From assembly GCF_001194135.2 (NCBI RefSeq), contig NC_068982.1, forward strand, positions 98,039,821-98,103,820: 64,000 bases of DNA, written 5' to 3'. This document shows, one piece after another, positions 48,604 through 62,879 of the stretch (position 1 is the first letter of the stretch; each line of letters opens with the position of its first letter). The DNA is from Octopus bimaculoides (lineage: Eukaryota). Under the pieces are notes generated by a model. The model saw only the letters and a list, made by a program, of their open reading frames with translations, made no database searches and was not told the origin of the DNA. Both the position numbers and the translations under genes were made by a program.

Positions 48604-48661
48604 TTATGGAGCTGTTATGCACTGCTTGTGCACTACTAGCAGTGCATTTACAGCTCAGTAA
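48604..48661. ncRNA. Pre-miRNA-like hairpin candidate
   Basis: ttatggagctgttatgcactgct-tgtgcactact-agcagtgcatttacagctcagtaa folds into a ~21-bp imperfect stem, in sequence I do not recognise as a repeat. Confidence 0.3.
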
Positions 48662-50689
48662 CAACAACACCACATCGTGCTTATCTTCGGTGCAGCATGG
48701 AAACAAAGGCAACCTGACAGACGATGATGAAGTCACCACCACGCACGCGCGCACGCGAGGCGGAAGGGCAGATGTAAAGCTACACAGAAGCAGCAGTCAC
48801 ATACACACACAAATACATATATGAACATGCAAACGAGTCATACATACACATACACGAGTGTGTGCACACACGCATGTATATATAATAATGCACACACGAT
48901 GCAAACACTCTATGATAGTACACAAACACACACACACGTGTATTTATATACATGAACATTCAAACGCAAACAAGCAAGCACATATGGAAGCGTGCAGATG
49001 TATGTGTATATTCGTACACAAACACACACATGCTTATATATGTACACGCGACACAAATAGAAAGCAATAACACAAAAGAGAAGTATATGTATTCACACTC
49101 TATACACACACGTATACATATGTCTTCACCAAAATGAACATTCAAGCACATGCATGACTATATGCACGCACATGTGACACAAACAATAAAATACAAGAAA
49201 CCGACATACATACTCGTATATGCCATAAGATTACAGATACTTTCACAGCCATATATAAAGAAACATGCACACAAACATAAATACACTTCCAAATAAATAT
49301 GCATACACGCAAACAAATAGATAGAAGGAGCGCACCAACGAAGATACATAGTTTAGTGATAGCTCGACTTGCTAGAAATAGCAGCCAAATATCTCAGATT
49401 ACCCAACCTCATTCCCAGAATCGTATGGAATGAGACACATACATCGATGTTCTCCACCTGGTTTTTCTGTACAAAGCTAAAATCCATAATAAGTAGTCAC
49501 GGGTAGAACGACTACTACAGAACAGCTCAATCAGATCTGATCTGGGGCTTAACGACACGGATATAAACAAAAGTATATACTGGAAGACATTATTCCCACA
49601 TGTGCATTAGCATCATGGCGGTATGTCTGGTTACACTTTCACACGACAGAGTTGTGTATTTGCGCGCGTTCGTGCTCGTGTGCGCGCAAACAATATCTAC
49701 ACCTAGATACTCTGGTAACAGACTGGATACATTTACACCAATATATCAACAGTCTTAACTTGTCGAATATAGATAATAATAACGACAGTTATGTCCAGTA
49801 TAAACCAATGAACAGACGCCAAAACGAAATATAAAAGAAAAAAGAAACAAATACTGTGATATGACAGATAGCAAGTTATATCTATCTGTAAATAGAAACA
49901 ACACACACACACCCGTTTAGTAAACTGACGGAAAAGAGTTCTCAATGTCATGGTAGAGATTAATATCTTATTTTGATGCACAATTTGCAGGCGAATTTGA
50001 GGAGCAAGAGACTGATTCGACAAAATTCAACATACACACGTCGAGTGACAGCTTTTATGTAGCCCAAACTAAATATTTCTGTCAATATGCCTAAAGTTTA
50101 GAGACTGACTTGCTATATTTTAAAGGTATTTAATCTGTTTGCCACAAGCGACAAATGCCGATTACAAGCGCATATCCTGAGATATCTCGCTATCTAAATA
50201 TACTAGCCGCAATGTGCAAGACTTCTATACTCATAGCACGACATACTAATTAGTGTAACCGCCCAGTCACGGCCGCTGTGTTGTAATATCTTCACTATGA
50301 TATTTTTAAAATGCATCTCCCACTTCCGTATGCAAATATTTCAAGCACTATTCTTGTTGTGTTACCTAAACACGTGTATATACATATATACATAGGTGTG
50401 CGCGCGCGCAAGTATGCGAGACTCGAAATAAATATGCATATAAATTTTGGACGGTCTGAAGGAAACGGTTTATAATTTGCAGTGTTCAAATGTGTGTGTG
50501 TGCGAGTGTGAACGTGTGTGGAGAGAGAAAGAGAGAGAGTGTGTGTAGCTCTGGACAGCGCTGATCAAGCAAATGGCACACATGATAATTTACTGCATGT
50601 TGCAATATGCAAGGTGTGGATAGCTGTTTATATCTGTTTTGAAGAAATTTACACACATATATGATTAGTCTGGATGAAGATGTGCCTAT

Positions 50690-51643
50690 GGCCTTCGCAT
50701 ACCCTCCAATACCGGTGAGATGGATGCTATGATGGCAAACTGACAACTGCCGGAGGAGCATGTACAAATGAAGAATCTAAAGGACCGAAGTTTGGAGTAG
50801 GAAGGGTTGTAGTAACTACTACGGGATCTGAAAGAGGGACAATATGAGTGGCGGAAGGAGGAGAGGCGAGTGAATAGGGAATACCTTAGTGGGGGTGGTA
50901 GGAAAGCAACCAACTAGCTCCGCAAAGGAGAGTCCAAACATCACGTACGTGTGGGTGAAAAAGTGACTTCATGCATATCAGTTGAATGGCTTTTCCTTCA
51001 GCGCAGCCCAAGACTTGTGTGGGCTGCAGCAGCACCACCCTGATGTAGGATAAGCTCTCCACTGTTAGCCACACCTGAGTTTACATGAGAGTGATTAATT
51101 GTTGACGGTTGGGGCATTAATGAAGTATTATGGGGCTCTTCAAAGGAAATGGCAGCCTGAGATGCTGCTTTGACGTTGAGGATGCACGTTCACCATTTGA
51201 GATCCTGTCAGAGTGAGAGCCTCACATTTAAAGCATGTTCAAGAGTGTGCGGTGAGATGGTTTCGGTAATTTTCACTATTACATCTATCTCACTCAGAAG
51301 GGAGTCGTTAACCTAAAGAATGAGTCATTTCCGACGGTTCTGTTTGTTAGATTCGTTCAAAACATGTCGAAAACCACAGGAAAAACATGACACCGTGAAA
51401 GTGAAACGGGTGTTACGATAAAAATTTACCGTTTTCTTGGTATGTGCACTGATATATTTTCGAAGAGGCAAAAATTGGCATATTTTTGAGGTCTTTGTAC
51501 ATGAAGTCAATGGAGATTTGGCATGAGAGGTCTATGTTTACATGCGGATGATGCTTGGGTGTAAAAGGTTAGAGAGGGAGATGCACAGCCTGCGTTGAAC
51601 TGGGCGTTGTTTGAGGTAACGGCATGCCTGTCGGTCGTTATAT

Positions 51644-51676
<33 letters not shown>

Positions 51677-51860
51677 CAGCATGAGGAATATGGGGGACAA
51701 AACCGAAACCTGGAACACATCAGAGTTTATACGGTGGGTCAGAGAGTGCTCCATCAGTACACATCGTAACGAGAAATGGATGTGGTCCATAGGTGGGCAG
51801 TTTTAGCATGAGATGCAGGTTACCAGACTCGATCGAGTGTTCGGCTGGTGTTGAGGCCAG
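50690..51860 (-). mobile_element. Jockey/CR1/L2-group LINE RT-to-3'-end remnant
   Basis: Minus strand gives RVW..LMLKLPTYG, DGALSD..INSDVFQVSVLSP, DLKW..KAASQ and AEGKAIQLI. Same family as 8660-9620. An unrelated stretch probably sits at ~51270-51500. Confidence 0.65.
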
Positions 51861-52069
51861 CTACGCTGCTTTCTTCAAATTTGTCGAGACCAAGTGTGTG
51901 CGTGGTTTAAGTTTGCATCTTACAACTTGAAAACAGGTACTATTTTGTAACCTAGCAGTTCGCCAGTAAATATCCGATAGAATAAGAAGCATGCCTGAAA
52001 ATAAGTACAGGAGTTGGTGTCATCTATTAAACCTTTCATAGCAGTACCCCAGCATGAGTACTAATGACG

Positions 52070-52071
<2 letters not shown>

Positions 52072-52115
<44 letters not shown>

Positions 52116-52136
52116 ATGTATGTATGTATGTATGTA
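52072..52136. repeat. (TG)n(TATG)n microsatellite
   Basis: Direct reading. Confidence 0.95.
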
Positions 52137-54734
52137 TGGCGGTCCCTTTCTAAGTGAAGCATCTTATCTCATCATCCATGGATTGTCTCAAATAATCCAG
52201 CTATGAAATTCCGATAACAATATTTTAGACTATATCAAAACATATATACTTTACTCAACATCAATACCTAGTATTCTTTTGATGATTCATGTAAATTCTT
52301 TTTCACAGAGCTAGGCTCTGTGGCAACAGTACCACCCTCCGAGACCGGCGAGATTGATTCTGTTCCATGTACATATATATTATATTTATACACACACACA
52401 TACTCATTAATATATGATGAATGTCTATCCTAATTTTTACTTGTATTCAAATAAGCAATCGCATTTGAGTTGATTTATAGACACCATAACATCGTGTGAG
52501 TGTACATGTGTGTGTATATATATATATAGAGAGAGACGTTATACAACGCATTGACTAGTGCATGTTATGTTGTAATATAACTACATTACATGCCTTTATC
52601 AGCCAGTATAATCCCATCTGTGTAAAAACAGCATGACCATGTGCAGTTGCAACAGAAAGCATCTCTACAAACAGAGAATACCCTAAATGTGAAAATTAGC
52701 TTAAAAAAATCGGAGCCGACATGACATGACATTAGTAAGCCAATACCCGTTGCCCATGTTTACAGCATGCAAATATATCTATAGCTACCCGCAGAACGCT
52801 GAAAGGTATACAATATATTGTAAAATACATGACACGACCGTCAGTTTATAAAAAAAAAGATTTTCTTGTTTTGTTTTGTTTCTAAACTCACTAATTTACA
52901 GAAAACAGTGGAGCAGCTACAATCATAACTTTTCAAGAAACACGAAACATAAAATTTAAAGCGGGGATACAATTAAAATATAACTCTGAAATGAAGTAGA
53001 CTAGGAGAATGAATACACATCCATGGATGAAAATCGTTCCTTCATACCCTTTTACTTGTTTCACTCATTTGACTTACATATATACAACTTTCTTGGGTGT
53101 GGGGGAGATGTTTCCATAACTGCCTTTAAAATAATCTTGCATGGTTATAATAAAGTCGTTAGAGATATTCATTGAGTTTGTATTTTGATTCTATCAGTCA
53201 TTTTCGTCAGAATTTATACAGCTCACTCATTAATATGTATGATGGATGCACTTAGAATAATAAGATGGGAGCTAAAATTTGGATCGTATTCATCTGAGTG
53301 ATTGCAGCAAGAAAAATTCGTATTCATAGTAATAAACTGGGATACGAATCAAAATGACTCAACCTTGCCCTCTCTGCCAAACAGTGCAGTCTGTGTAATA
53401 TAAAATAAATCACGACGGAAACACGTGCGTGAGCAGTGTATGAGGTTGAACGCGTTATGTATTGTAACTAAGTAGTTTGATGCGCCTGTATAAAGCATGT
53501 TGAATATAGTGAAGGAAATGTTAGTTCTATATAGTAGATAGCTAGACAGATAGGCCAGCGAGAGAAAATAACCAAGTTGAAAAACAGTTTGAAGTATAAT
53601 AATAATAATAATAATCATAAAAAGCCTAACAAGATAAAAGCAGAATACACAAATCCAAAGATCCTTGGAACCAATGAATAACATTTAAGTTCTGATAATG
53701 TTTACTAGAAGGAGATAAAGCTCTAACATTGCATAGTAATATGTAAACAATCCTAGTTCAAAATATGTTTTGAAAAACTAAATTTAAGTTTGATAAAAAG
53801 GATACATTACTTACATTTTCTTATCCTCCTGGAGCACATTTACAAACATTTTCCCACCCAATCAACAAAAATTCTAGAACAATATATATAGGTATGTTTG
53901 GTGCAAACAGGAAAAATAGAAGTCAAAATATGAGTATATGTATATTTTTATTAATATTTAGCAGAAGCAACAGTGACGCAAGGTCCGAGAGTTTCGTGCG
54001 TTAGCACTGTGTGTGCGCGTGTGTGTGGAGAGAGAGAGACAGAGACAGAAAGAAAGAGAGAGCATGGTACAGCAGAGAATACCTTGTGATTGGGCTTATA
54101 ATTTCTCAATGGATAAAATATATATTGTATCTATATTGTCTTTTCAAATCATATAAACGCAAAGGAATTGAAAATCTGAAAATTGTTAAATGTGTGTTGG
54201 GTATTTGTGAGATTAGAAAATATGTTGGAACTATATATAGAAGTCTACTTTTGACATATATCACCAACAAATAAACAGTAATCTTGCTTTGCTAGCAGCT
54301 TTTTAAAAAAATGCGTCTGACATCGTAACATTATACACACACACACGAGGGAGAGAGAGAGAGAGATAGATGAAGAGACAAAAGGGGAAGACATAGAGAG
54401 GGAGATAGCAACAGGCAGATGAGTGTTAAATAGATACAAATATGAAGATACATAAAGTAGGTAGACAGATAGCTACATAGATGCTTTGCCACATGAGATA
54501 AGGCACCAATGCAAAGTCTAATGATAGTAAAAGTAAAGAGGAAGGAAAAGCAGTTTGTAACACGCAGACGAGGAAGAACAAAGAAAACGAGTCGTTTGTC
54601 TAAGTTTGTTCTTGTCTGGCAAACATGATTTGCTGACACTTGGTTCCACTCTTTTACACTAATGCAGCAATCAACGTTAGATTCGAGCTCGATAAAATAC
54701 AGATCCAAGTTACAGTCCATAACAAAAATGTGTA

Positions 54735-54776
<42 letters not shown>

Positions 54777-57700
54777 GTATGTATAGGAGATCTATATTTA
54801 TAAACACTATACATGTATAACAATGAATTACATTCGACACCATGTGCCTGTTAAATTTGTCATATACATACTAATGTGTGTGTATGTATGTATTTTATGA
54901 ACGTATTGTAACAATGAATTTGAAAATATCTATTTTTCTTCGCTTTTTTTTTTCAAAGATTTATAAACAGTTTGCTTAAAAACAAGAATAAACGTATATT
55001 TATAAAATTTAGGAGTGTATAAAATTTCACTGTCATTAAAATTTGCGTTATATACATAAAACATGAATATAATTTGTAAACAGATTTCGAATATAACTTC
55101 GCAGATTGGCGCGCGTGTTTTCCGTCACTAAACAGCATGGTGCATTTAATATTAGTATACGATACATCTGTGTGGTTTGGACAGTGATAGTTAATCTCTG
55201 TATGTTTGTCCCTTTGTGTATGTGCTTTTGTAGAAATTGTGTCTGAGTTTTGTCTTTGTCTTAATGATATATATAAATATATGATAAAATGTGTTCAACT
55301 CCGCCAACTAATTCATATTGCCAGAAAATACAAGACGAGGGCAAATCTTTGTTAGAATATAGTCGATTGTTTCGAATACACCACACAACTGGTATTCACA
55401 TCGGTTCTATCTTCCCGGTAGCATCTGGCTGAAGTTCAATTTAGTATCATGAAGTATTTGCATTTTCTTTTGTTGATGCGGTTCAACACCATAGACATTT
55501 AACCAACATTAATAATAAAATGGTAACAATGCCAAAACAAAAAAAACCGTTTCTAATATTATTAATAGTAACTGTTCCGGCTTAAAGCAGGGCGCCGATT
55601 TAAATCAAAATAATAATAATACAAAAAAAATTGAAAAATAAACAAATACACCAGCACGTATGTATACAGAGCATTACACTATAGATACGATCAGACAAAG
55701 AAAAGTTAGCAAGAGAAATACAAAGAACATACAGGCTACCCCTAACACAACACAAATAACTGGGTCTACTTAAACAGAAAATGACCAGAGTAACAAATCT
55801 CAAAATCATTAGCAACAATAATAATTTCAAATCAAGCACAAATATAATATAAACATTAAAGGGACAATGATGAATATACCGTCCAAAACTTGCAATGGGC
55901 TAAAAGATATATAAATTAGAATGATTGGATATTTTATTCAATCTGATTGATTGTAAAATGACAAAGTGGCAAATTAATTAAAAATTATAATTATTTTATT
56001 TATAAGTTAAATTATATATACTTGTTACTATTTTTTTTTTTTTTTTTTCGTGAGATTTGAGATTTGACTTATGGTTTGAAACAGTATATTTAAAATATTT
56101 TTTAAAGAACAAAAAAAAACCCCGACGAATGTAAGGAAAATCGGAAAACAAAGAGAAAACAAAAAGAAAACAAAAGTGGTGGCAAAGAAAAAAATCTTAC
56201 TAAATAGACTGACCTGGTATTCAAGTGTGCCAGGGAAGAAACTATCGTTCATATGTTTTTGCTTCTAAGGCAGACTAAGCAATATCTCTCGTCCACTTTG
56301 GGGATATTTTTTTCTCTCTGGTAATATATATAGAATAGTAAGTTCTCCTTTTGCCGACATAAGGGGCCAGTTGATAACGATGACGATTGAGATGTACTTC
56401 TCTCCTCTCAGACATTTGGTGACACTAAATAAATTAGATGATGAAGATACGATGATGATATGATGAGTATGATGCCACTAAGGCTGCTTCTTTCTTTCCA
56501 CATTACTAAAACTGTTTGAAAACGGATATGTGGATGTATGTGTCTGTGCGTCAGTGAGTGAGTTGGCGGGAGTGCAAGAGTGAGTGCGCGCGTATGTGTT
56601 ATGTGTCTGTTTAGTGTGTCTGTGTGTGAGTGATGGAAGTTTTGCTTGAAAGACCGCCAGTCTGAGTGCAGTTGAGCTACAAATGCGTACGTGAATCTGT
56701 GCGTATGTGACTGTTTCTTTCTCTCTCTCTCTCTCTCTCTATCTCTTTCTCTGCTAGTCTGTGTGTTCAGGGTGAGTGAAAGAAGGGGGGGGGGAAAGAA
56801 TGAGAAAAAGTGTGAGGGATGTATGATAGTGAATTTGTGTGTGCGCGCACGGCTAAATGCGAGAGAGTACGTGATGAAATGAGTGGGGGAGTAAGGGAAA
56901 TGAGTGAGTAATGATGTGAGTGAATGGTTGAGTGGGAGTTTGTGCTTGTATTAGTTCATTACACAGTTTGTTTATGAGTGTGGATTGTTTATGTACGTGA
57001 ATAAAAGTCTGTGCATTAATTAGACTGTAGAGTGAATATGTGATTGTCGACTGTTCTATGAGTGTGTGCTTTTTGTAGCACCGTGTACGTTGTTAGTGCT
57101 TCAATCAGCTTACAGTCGTGTTTATGTACGTATGCGTGTTGTGGACGTGTAATTTTTAAATCAGTCCTACCTCTGAGTGTATGTGAGTGTATAGTAGCAA
57201 ATCCTAATATTATTTTAACTTTAACAACGTCATTTAGTAATATATCTGTTGTCGATCATGGTGATCTTTTATATTGATCATATAGATGTTGATCTTACTG
57301 ATTCCATCGCACTTTTTCCATCTTTCTTTTGTCTTGCTTTGTTTCAACTTAGCAAGAAAACATTCTGAATTATGCTAATGACAATGATGATGGTTAATAA
57401 TAGTAATGGTGGTGGTGGTGATGATATATAATAGAAGTTAAACTACAAATGTTGACAATAGTGATGCTGTGGGAGGCGGTACCAAAGAAGTTTATCAACA
57501 AAGTGTTTGGGCAGTAGATGATGATGATGGTGATGGTAGTAGTAGTAGTAGTAGTAGTCGTAGTCGTCGTCGTCGCAGTCGTAGACGAGGTGCTATATAA
57601 CAATGTTAGAGCGGGTGGGAGTGATTTTATTAGCGGTAGCGGTGGTGGTATTATTGGATGTTGTAGTTATTGTTTAGTTCCAGGTCATTCTTGGTTCATC

Positions 57701-57779
57701 AGACCTTTCGTGAAAGGCCAACTTGTCTAACACTACATTTGTTAATATGTATCCCTTTTATTATTTTTTTTTTCTTAAA

Positions 57780-57850
57780 TCAGGCTAAGAGCTGCAGTGA
57801 TTTGGCTGCTATTTCTAGTAGGTCAAGCAACCACGTAGAGGTTTTCTCTC
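57780..57850 (+). repeat. Representative copy of an abundant unclassified interspersed repeat (core gatttggctgctatttctagcaggtc)
   Basis: Related cores at ~20560, 20930(-), 24545, 24890, 25450, 31730, 37990(-), 38850, 39360(-), 48275 and 49365(-). Confidence 0.7.
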
Positions 57851-60800
57851 TTTGTCTGTTTGTCTCTCACTATCTATCTATCTATCTGTCTATCTGTCTA
57901 TGTATCTCTCTATCTATCTCCCCTTGAGGCTTTCAGTTACTAGATGTTGACTGTAGTGGTTGCGATGAAAGTTGACAGTTGGTGTTGTCGGCCTTGTTAG
58001 TGTTGATGATGGTGATGACGATGAGTGGAAATGGGAGTTTGCTTTGTCCTCCCTCACAAAGAAAGTAGAAAAAAAAAGTAAGAGAAAAAACCATAGCCAA
58101 AAAATAAACAGAAGAGAATGTGTGGTGGTGGTGGGAGGTAGGTAGTGTTATTGACAGTCTTCTCTCTCTCTACTACCCTTTCTAGTTTTGCAGTCGGTAT
58201 CCACTTCCCAACCAACTACACGTGGGTTCGCCGCAGCACCGTGCAGCTTTCTCACTCGTTACTTGTTCAAGGTGTGTTTTTATTTGCGTTACGCTCGCGC
58301 GCGCGTGTGTGTGTGTGTATGTATTGAGCGACTTTAACAATGTCAGTTTATTAAGATTTTGCATCAGAATTATTATAGACACACAGAAACATATACGATA
58401 TATAGTGAAACCTAAATACTGGTAACATTATCAACCGGCTATTGTTATCAAAATTAGTGAGCCCTATACTCTTTGTCTCATCTCTGCCGGCTTTTGTTAT
58501 AGAAAAGACCAGGTATACACACACACATGTAATTTTTATGTATGTGTGGTGAGAGAGGGATTGGTTGGGGCTGTCTAGTACTGTATGATTGTGTCTAAGT
58601 GCTATGATTGGATGTATGTGTGTTTGTGAAAAAGTCTTAGTGTGTGGCTATGTATGTGACTGAGAATGATTGAGCGAGGGAAGGAGACTGTCTTTGTGGT
58701 GAGAGACTGAGTCTTTGTACGAGACTTTGCATGTGTGCGCGCGCGTGTGTGTGTGTGTAGGTATATGTAAAGGAAAATACATTGTATGTAAAGATTCAGA
58801 TATCTGTGTGTGTATTTATATCACTACTTGCATGAGACTGTGTTTAAGATTGTGTATTAGTGCTTTCAGTGTCTGTATCAGATTTCGTGTATATGCTTGT
58901 GTGCGTTGAAGTGTGGTTGAGAAAGTGTGTATATGTAGTATGTTGATGTATGAGAGACTGACTCAATGTATCTATATGTAGCTACTGTGCGTATGTCTAT
59001 ATCAGTAGTCATGTATATATCTGTGTAAGTTGTGTCAAATTTTTAACGTTCAATGTATTTGTCTGTGTGTCTCTTTTCTTTCTGTCTATTTCTTTGTCTC
59101 TGTTCCGTTCTCTCTTTCTATATATATATATACACACACACACATCCTCTGGATTGTATTTAGAAATGCAAACGAGAAAATGTGTGTGCGTGTGAAATAC
59201 ATTACATTCAGTATGAATAGATATATATCTGTATGTGTATGGTATAAGTTTATGTATAGTTTATATTAACGTAAGTTTACAGACGCATACATATATCTAT
59301 ACACAAATGTATGTGTTTATGTATTTGAGTATGTGTGTGCCTGCTTGATATATTTAGCAGCTGCCTGTGTATATATCTATCTCGTGTGTATATCTATGTT
59401 TATGTATGCAAAACAATGACAGTGAATGAGACGTCAAACTATTTCTATGTAAGCCTAAGTGCTGTAAAAAAAATATTGCTTCTGTATGTATAGCTGTCAA
59501 GTTACTCACAAGCAAGCATGTATGCGTTAAAAAGAGTGCGTTTCTCTATTTCCTAATTACTGTGTATGTGTATATATATATACTTGCAATTTTGTATGTA
59601 TTTGAGCTCGTGTGTGAAAATGTGCATTAATAAATGTGTGTATGTGTGTGTGTATACACGCGTGTCATTTTGGTATGTGCATGTGTGTGTTTGTGTGCGT
59701 CAACGATTCTGTATGTTTGAGAATCAATGCAAATACCATTTTATAAAGAGACTGTGCGTTTGCGTGTTTCAGTACAACTGTGTGTGTATGTTAACAGTTC
59801 TTTGTTTGATACAATGTCACGGTGAGTTTGTGTGTATGTGTCCGTACTTATGTGTGTGTGTGTGTGTGCGCGTATGTTTATATGTTCGTGCGTACATGTG
59901 TGTGTGTGTGGTTTATTGTCTGCAACTGACTGGTTACCTCCCTTCCTGTCTGTTAGGCTACCACCTCCTTCCACTTCGTCGACAGCGATCAATGAGGAAA
60001 CCGGGGAGTCGGGAGCTCGAAGAAGCAGCAGCAGCAATAGTAGTAGTAATAACAGCAGTGGTAGTGGTGGTAGTAGTAGTAGTGATGGAGGCGGTGGTGA
60101 AACAAAGTTGATGTGAGAAGGACACACACAGACAGACTTTACCTCCCACCGACACAGATACACAAACATGGAGGAGAAAAACAAACATATTTGCGTATGT
60201 ACTTGTAAATGTACGAACAAAATATTGTGTACGTATATATGTACAGACAATATTGTAGGTGTACGCTTATGTGTGCGTATGTATATATATATGTATGTAT
60301 GTACACACACACACAACTGTGTCTATGTGTGCGTGTGGATGTAGAATCACACAAATGGTGACAGAAAAACAAAAGCATCAAAAATATAATGAAAGTACTA
60401 AAATGAAAACAAAGAAAAATATCGACCACAAAATCGCTGAAAAGGAGCTTCTCACACTTCCGGATAGTTTAGTTTTGGCAATATTTATTTGCTTCTGATA
60501 AACGCTGTGAGATGTGTTTGGTCGCAGGCTCGCTTCTTTGTGTAACTGTTCACTTCACTTAGTAAAATAGCTTGAAGAAAGATGAGTTCCCTAAGGAGTT
60601 ATCGTTACTAAGTGATACAACGATAAAAGTTATTTTGTTGTTTCACTATTTATTAGATCGTGGACTAGTAGTCATAGTAGAACCTTAGATCAGGTGCCTC
60701 TTGCTTAGTTTTATTCCATTATGATCCGAGTTCAAATCCGACTGAGACTTAGTTTTGCGTTACATTTCTCTCGTATCGAATAAAAGAAAGTAAGTCAATT

Positions 60801-60917
60801 CAATTGATTATATATTTCTACACCTTAACGGTCATGCGAACAGTCTTTATCTTTTGGCTATTTAATTACCAGTAATATATTTGATTAGTACCCTCCTCAT
60901 TCGCTGGACGAATCTTA

Positions 60918-60955
<38 letters not shown>

Positions 60956-60960
<5 letters not shown>

Positions 60961-61255
60961 CGCAGGCTTGGCTATGTGGTACGAAGTTTGATTCCCAACT
61001 ACAGGGTTCCGGGTTCAGTCCCACTGCTTGGCGCCTTGGACAAGTGTCCTCTACTTTATCCTCTCGCTAACCAAAACCTTGTGAGTAGATTTTGTAGACA
61101 GAAACTGAAAGAAGCCCGTCGTATATGAGTGTGTTTGTGTAGCTGTTTGCACAACTGGTGTTGGTGTGTTTATGTCCCCGTAACTGAGAGGTTCGGCAAA
61201 ATGGAGTAAGTACCACCCAGGCTTTACAAAACATAGTAAGTACCAGAGTCGACCA
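60956..61255 (+). mobile_element. SINE family 1
   Basis: acaggcgcaggcttggctatgtggt...ggttccgggttcagtcccactg...cccgtaactgagaggttcggc. Confidence 0.85.
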
Positions 61256-61459
61256 AAACAAACAATAAACAAACGATATATATTGAAATGGACCCCTATC
61301 GGTTATGAATGACCTTAGGTTTAAGCCTGAGGTTCTCATACTTTTTGAGCCACATGGCTACATAATGCCCTCAGCACCCCCACACCTATTTTTATGTATA
61401 AATAAATATTTTATATTTTTCTAATTTATATATATTATGAATCATTTGATATTTAATAG

Positions 61460-61654
61460 CCGGGCGAAATGCTTAGCAGTATTTTGTATACCGTTACATT
61501 CTGAGTACACATTCCACTGAGGTCGACTTTGCCTTTCATCCTTTCAGGGTCGATTAAATAAGTACTAGTTACGCACTGGAGTCGATGTAATCGACTTAAT
61601 CCCTTTGTTTGTCCCCTCTATGTTTAGCCCTCTTGTGGGCAATAAAGAAATAAA
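61460..61654 (+). mobile_element. SINE family 2 variant with an alternative 3' tail
   Basis: ccgggcgaaatgcttagc...gtcgactttgcctttcatcctttcagggtcga..., ending tttgtcccctctatgtttagcc...ggcaataaagaaataa. Confidence 0.8.
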
Positions 61655-62879
61655 GATAATATTATATAATTTTGTATACAATACTATAATAATATTATAA
61701 TAAATTCATAGCGTCTCCCAGTCCACTGTCAAAAGAGAAACCTTCATATTCTTACTCGATAAAATAATACACAAATTTACAACGCATACAGCAGTGTAGT
61801 GGCATGTGTGTTTTTTAAAGGTTTTAATTGTATCAGAACGAGAAGGCTTTGGGTGTAACAAAGCGTCTTTGTTAGGCGTAAAATTAAATCATCGACTCGC
61901 TTGAACAACAATTTTAGTCATAAATTATATATACAAATAACAAACATTGGAAGTGTAGCAGATATGGCTAAGTGTGTCAAAGAAAGGCATTTTGGTGTAA
62001 GCAGAGAATATATGGTGATCTCGGTTGAAATATCATAATACAGAACTTACAGTGAATTAATTGAATTTCCACAGAGAAGAAATATTTTCCTTCAGGAATG
62101 TGAGAGAGAAAGGTGTTTCAAAGCATTTGGCTGTTGAACAAAGGTTTCCGTGATCTTCTGTTGGTTCAACATTATTCACACTTCAGTCGCAGTTCTTCCC
62201 TCTTCGAGGTACAGCAGAAACAGATCTTGTCGCCTCTCAGTTTCGCAAAAGAACCTTTAGCGGCAATGTTCAGCAAAGTGCTGCACACATGCGCAGCGAT
62301 AATGTTTCGGTAAACAGAGCTTTCCACTTCGTAAATGCAAACAATATGTGAAGGAAGGTAGTTAACTCGCTTTGATACATCGCCATATTATCCCGTGGAA
62401 GCCAATAAGGCGTCAGGGTAAAAAAGGGAAGCAACATTGTAATACAAAAGATTGAAAAATTAAGAACAAAATATGCATACATACTGAGAGCAAGTGTCAG
62501 TAGTATGCTGTCCGGAAACGTAGTTTCCATAGAGTTAGCATGTAATTTATGACCTCTAAATACTATGCACAACTTTACATGAAATAGAAATCACAAAATA
62601 CAGTGGTCAATAAGTGGTTGCAAGTGCAGGTCTTGATTACTAGTAGTGCAGTAGTGTTAATGGTCTCCCACAAAAGAAAAGAAATACATGCGACAAAAGA
62701 ATGTATAAAAAAAAGGCAACGTTATGAGTCCTGTGCGAAAGGAATTTCGCACCAATAACAAGAGTGTGTTCGTTTAAATGTCACAAAGTTCGTGCACTAA
62801 AAAAGTGTATGTTGCTACGGTGTTCATAGCAAAAGAAAAGAGATGAAAGATAGTATACCACTAAAACAGCCCATCCAGG

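Noticed and set aside
48604-48661. miR-277-like seed (UAAAUGCACU) on the minus strand of the hairpin
   Set aside because: A 22-mer starting there would run through the loop, and the rest does not match miR-277.
12030-60190. A phase-compatible minus-strand gene model joining 59938, 42223-42142, 37108-37002, ~34860-34790, ~28106-28017 and 12140
   Set aside because: The last exon is RTE-derived, several donors are weak, some pieces are open in all frames, and the joined peptide matches nothing I recognise.
19523-60498. Many ORFs rich in YI/CV/HT/poly-V/poly-L/poly-M
   Set aside because: They are translations of (TA)n, (CA)n, (AGT)n and (ATG)n microsatellites.
62113-62572. Cys-containing frames suggesting a piggyBac C-terminal domain or a membrane protein
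   Set aside because: Cys/His spacing does not match a recognisable motif in any single frame.
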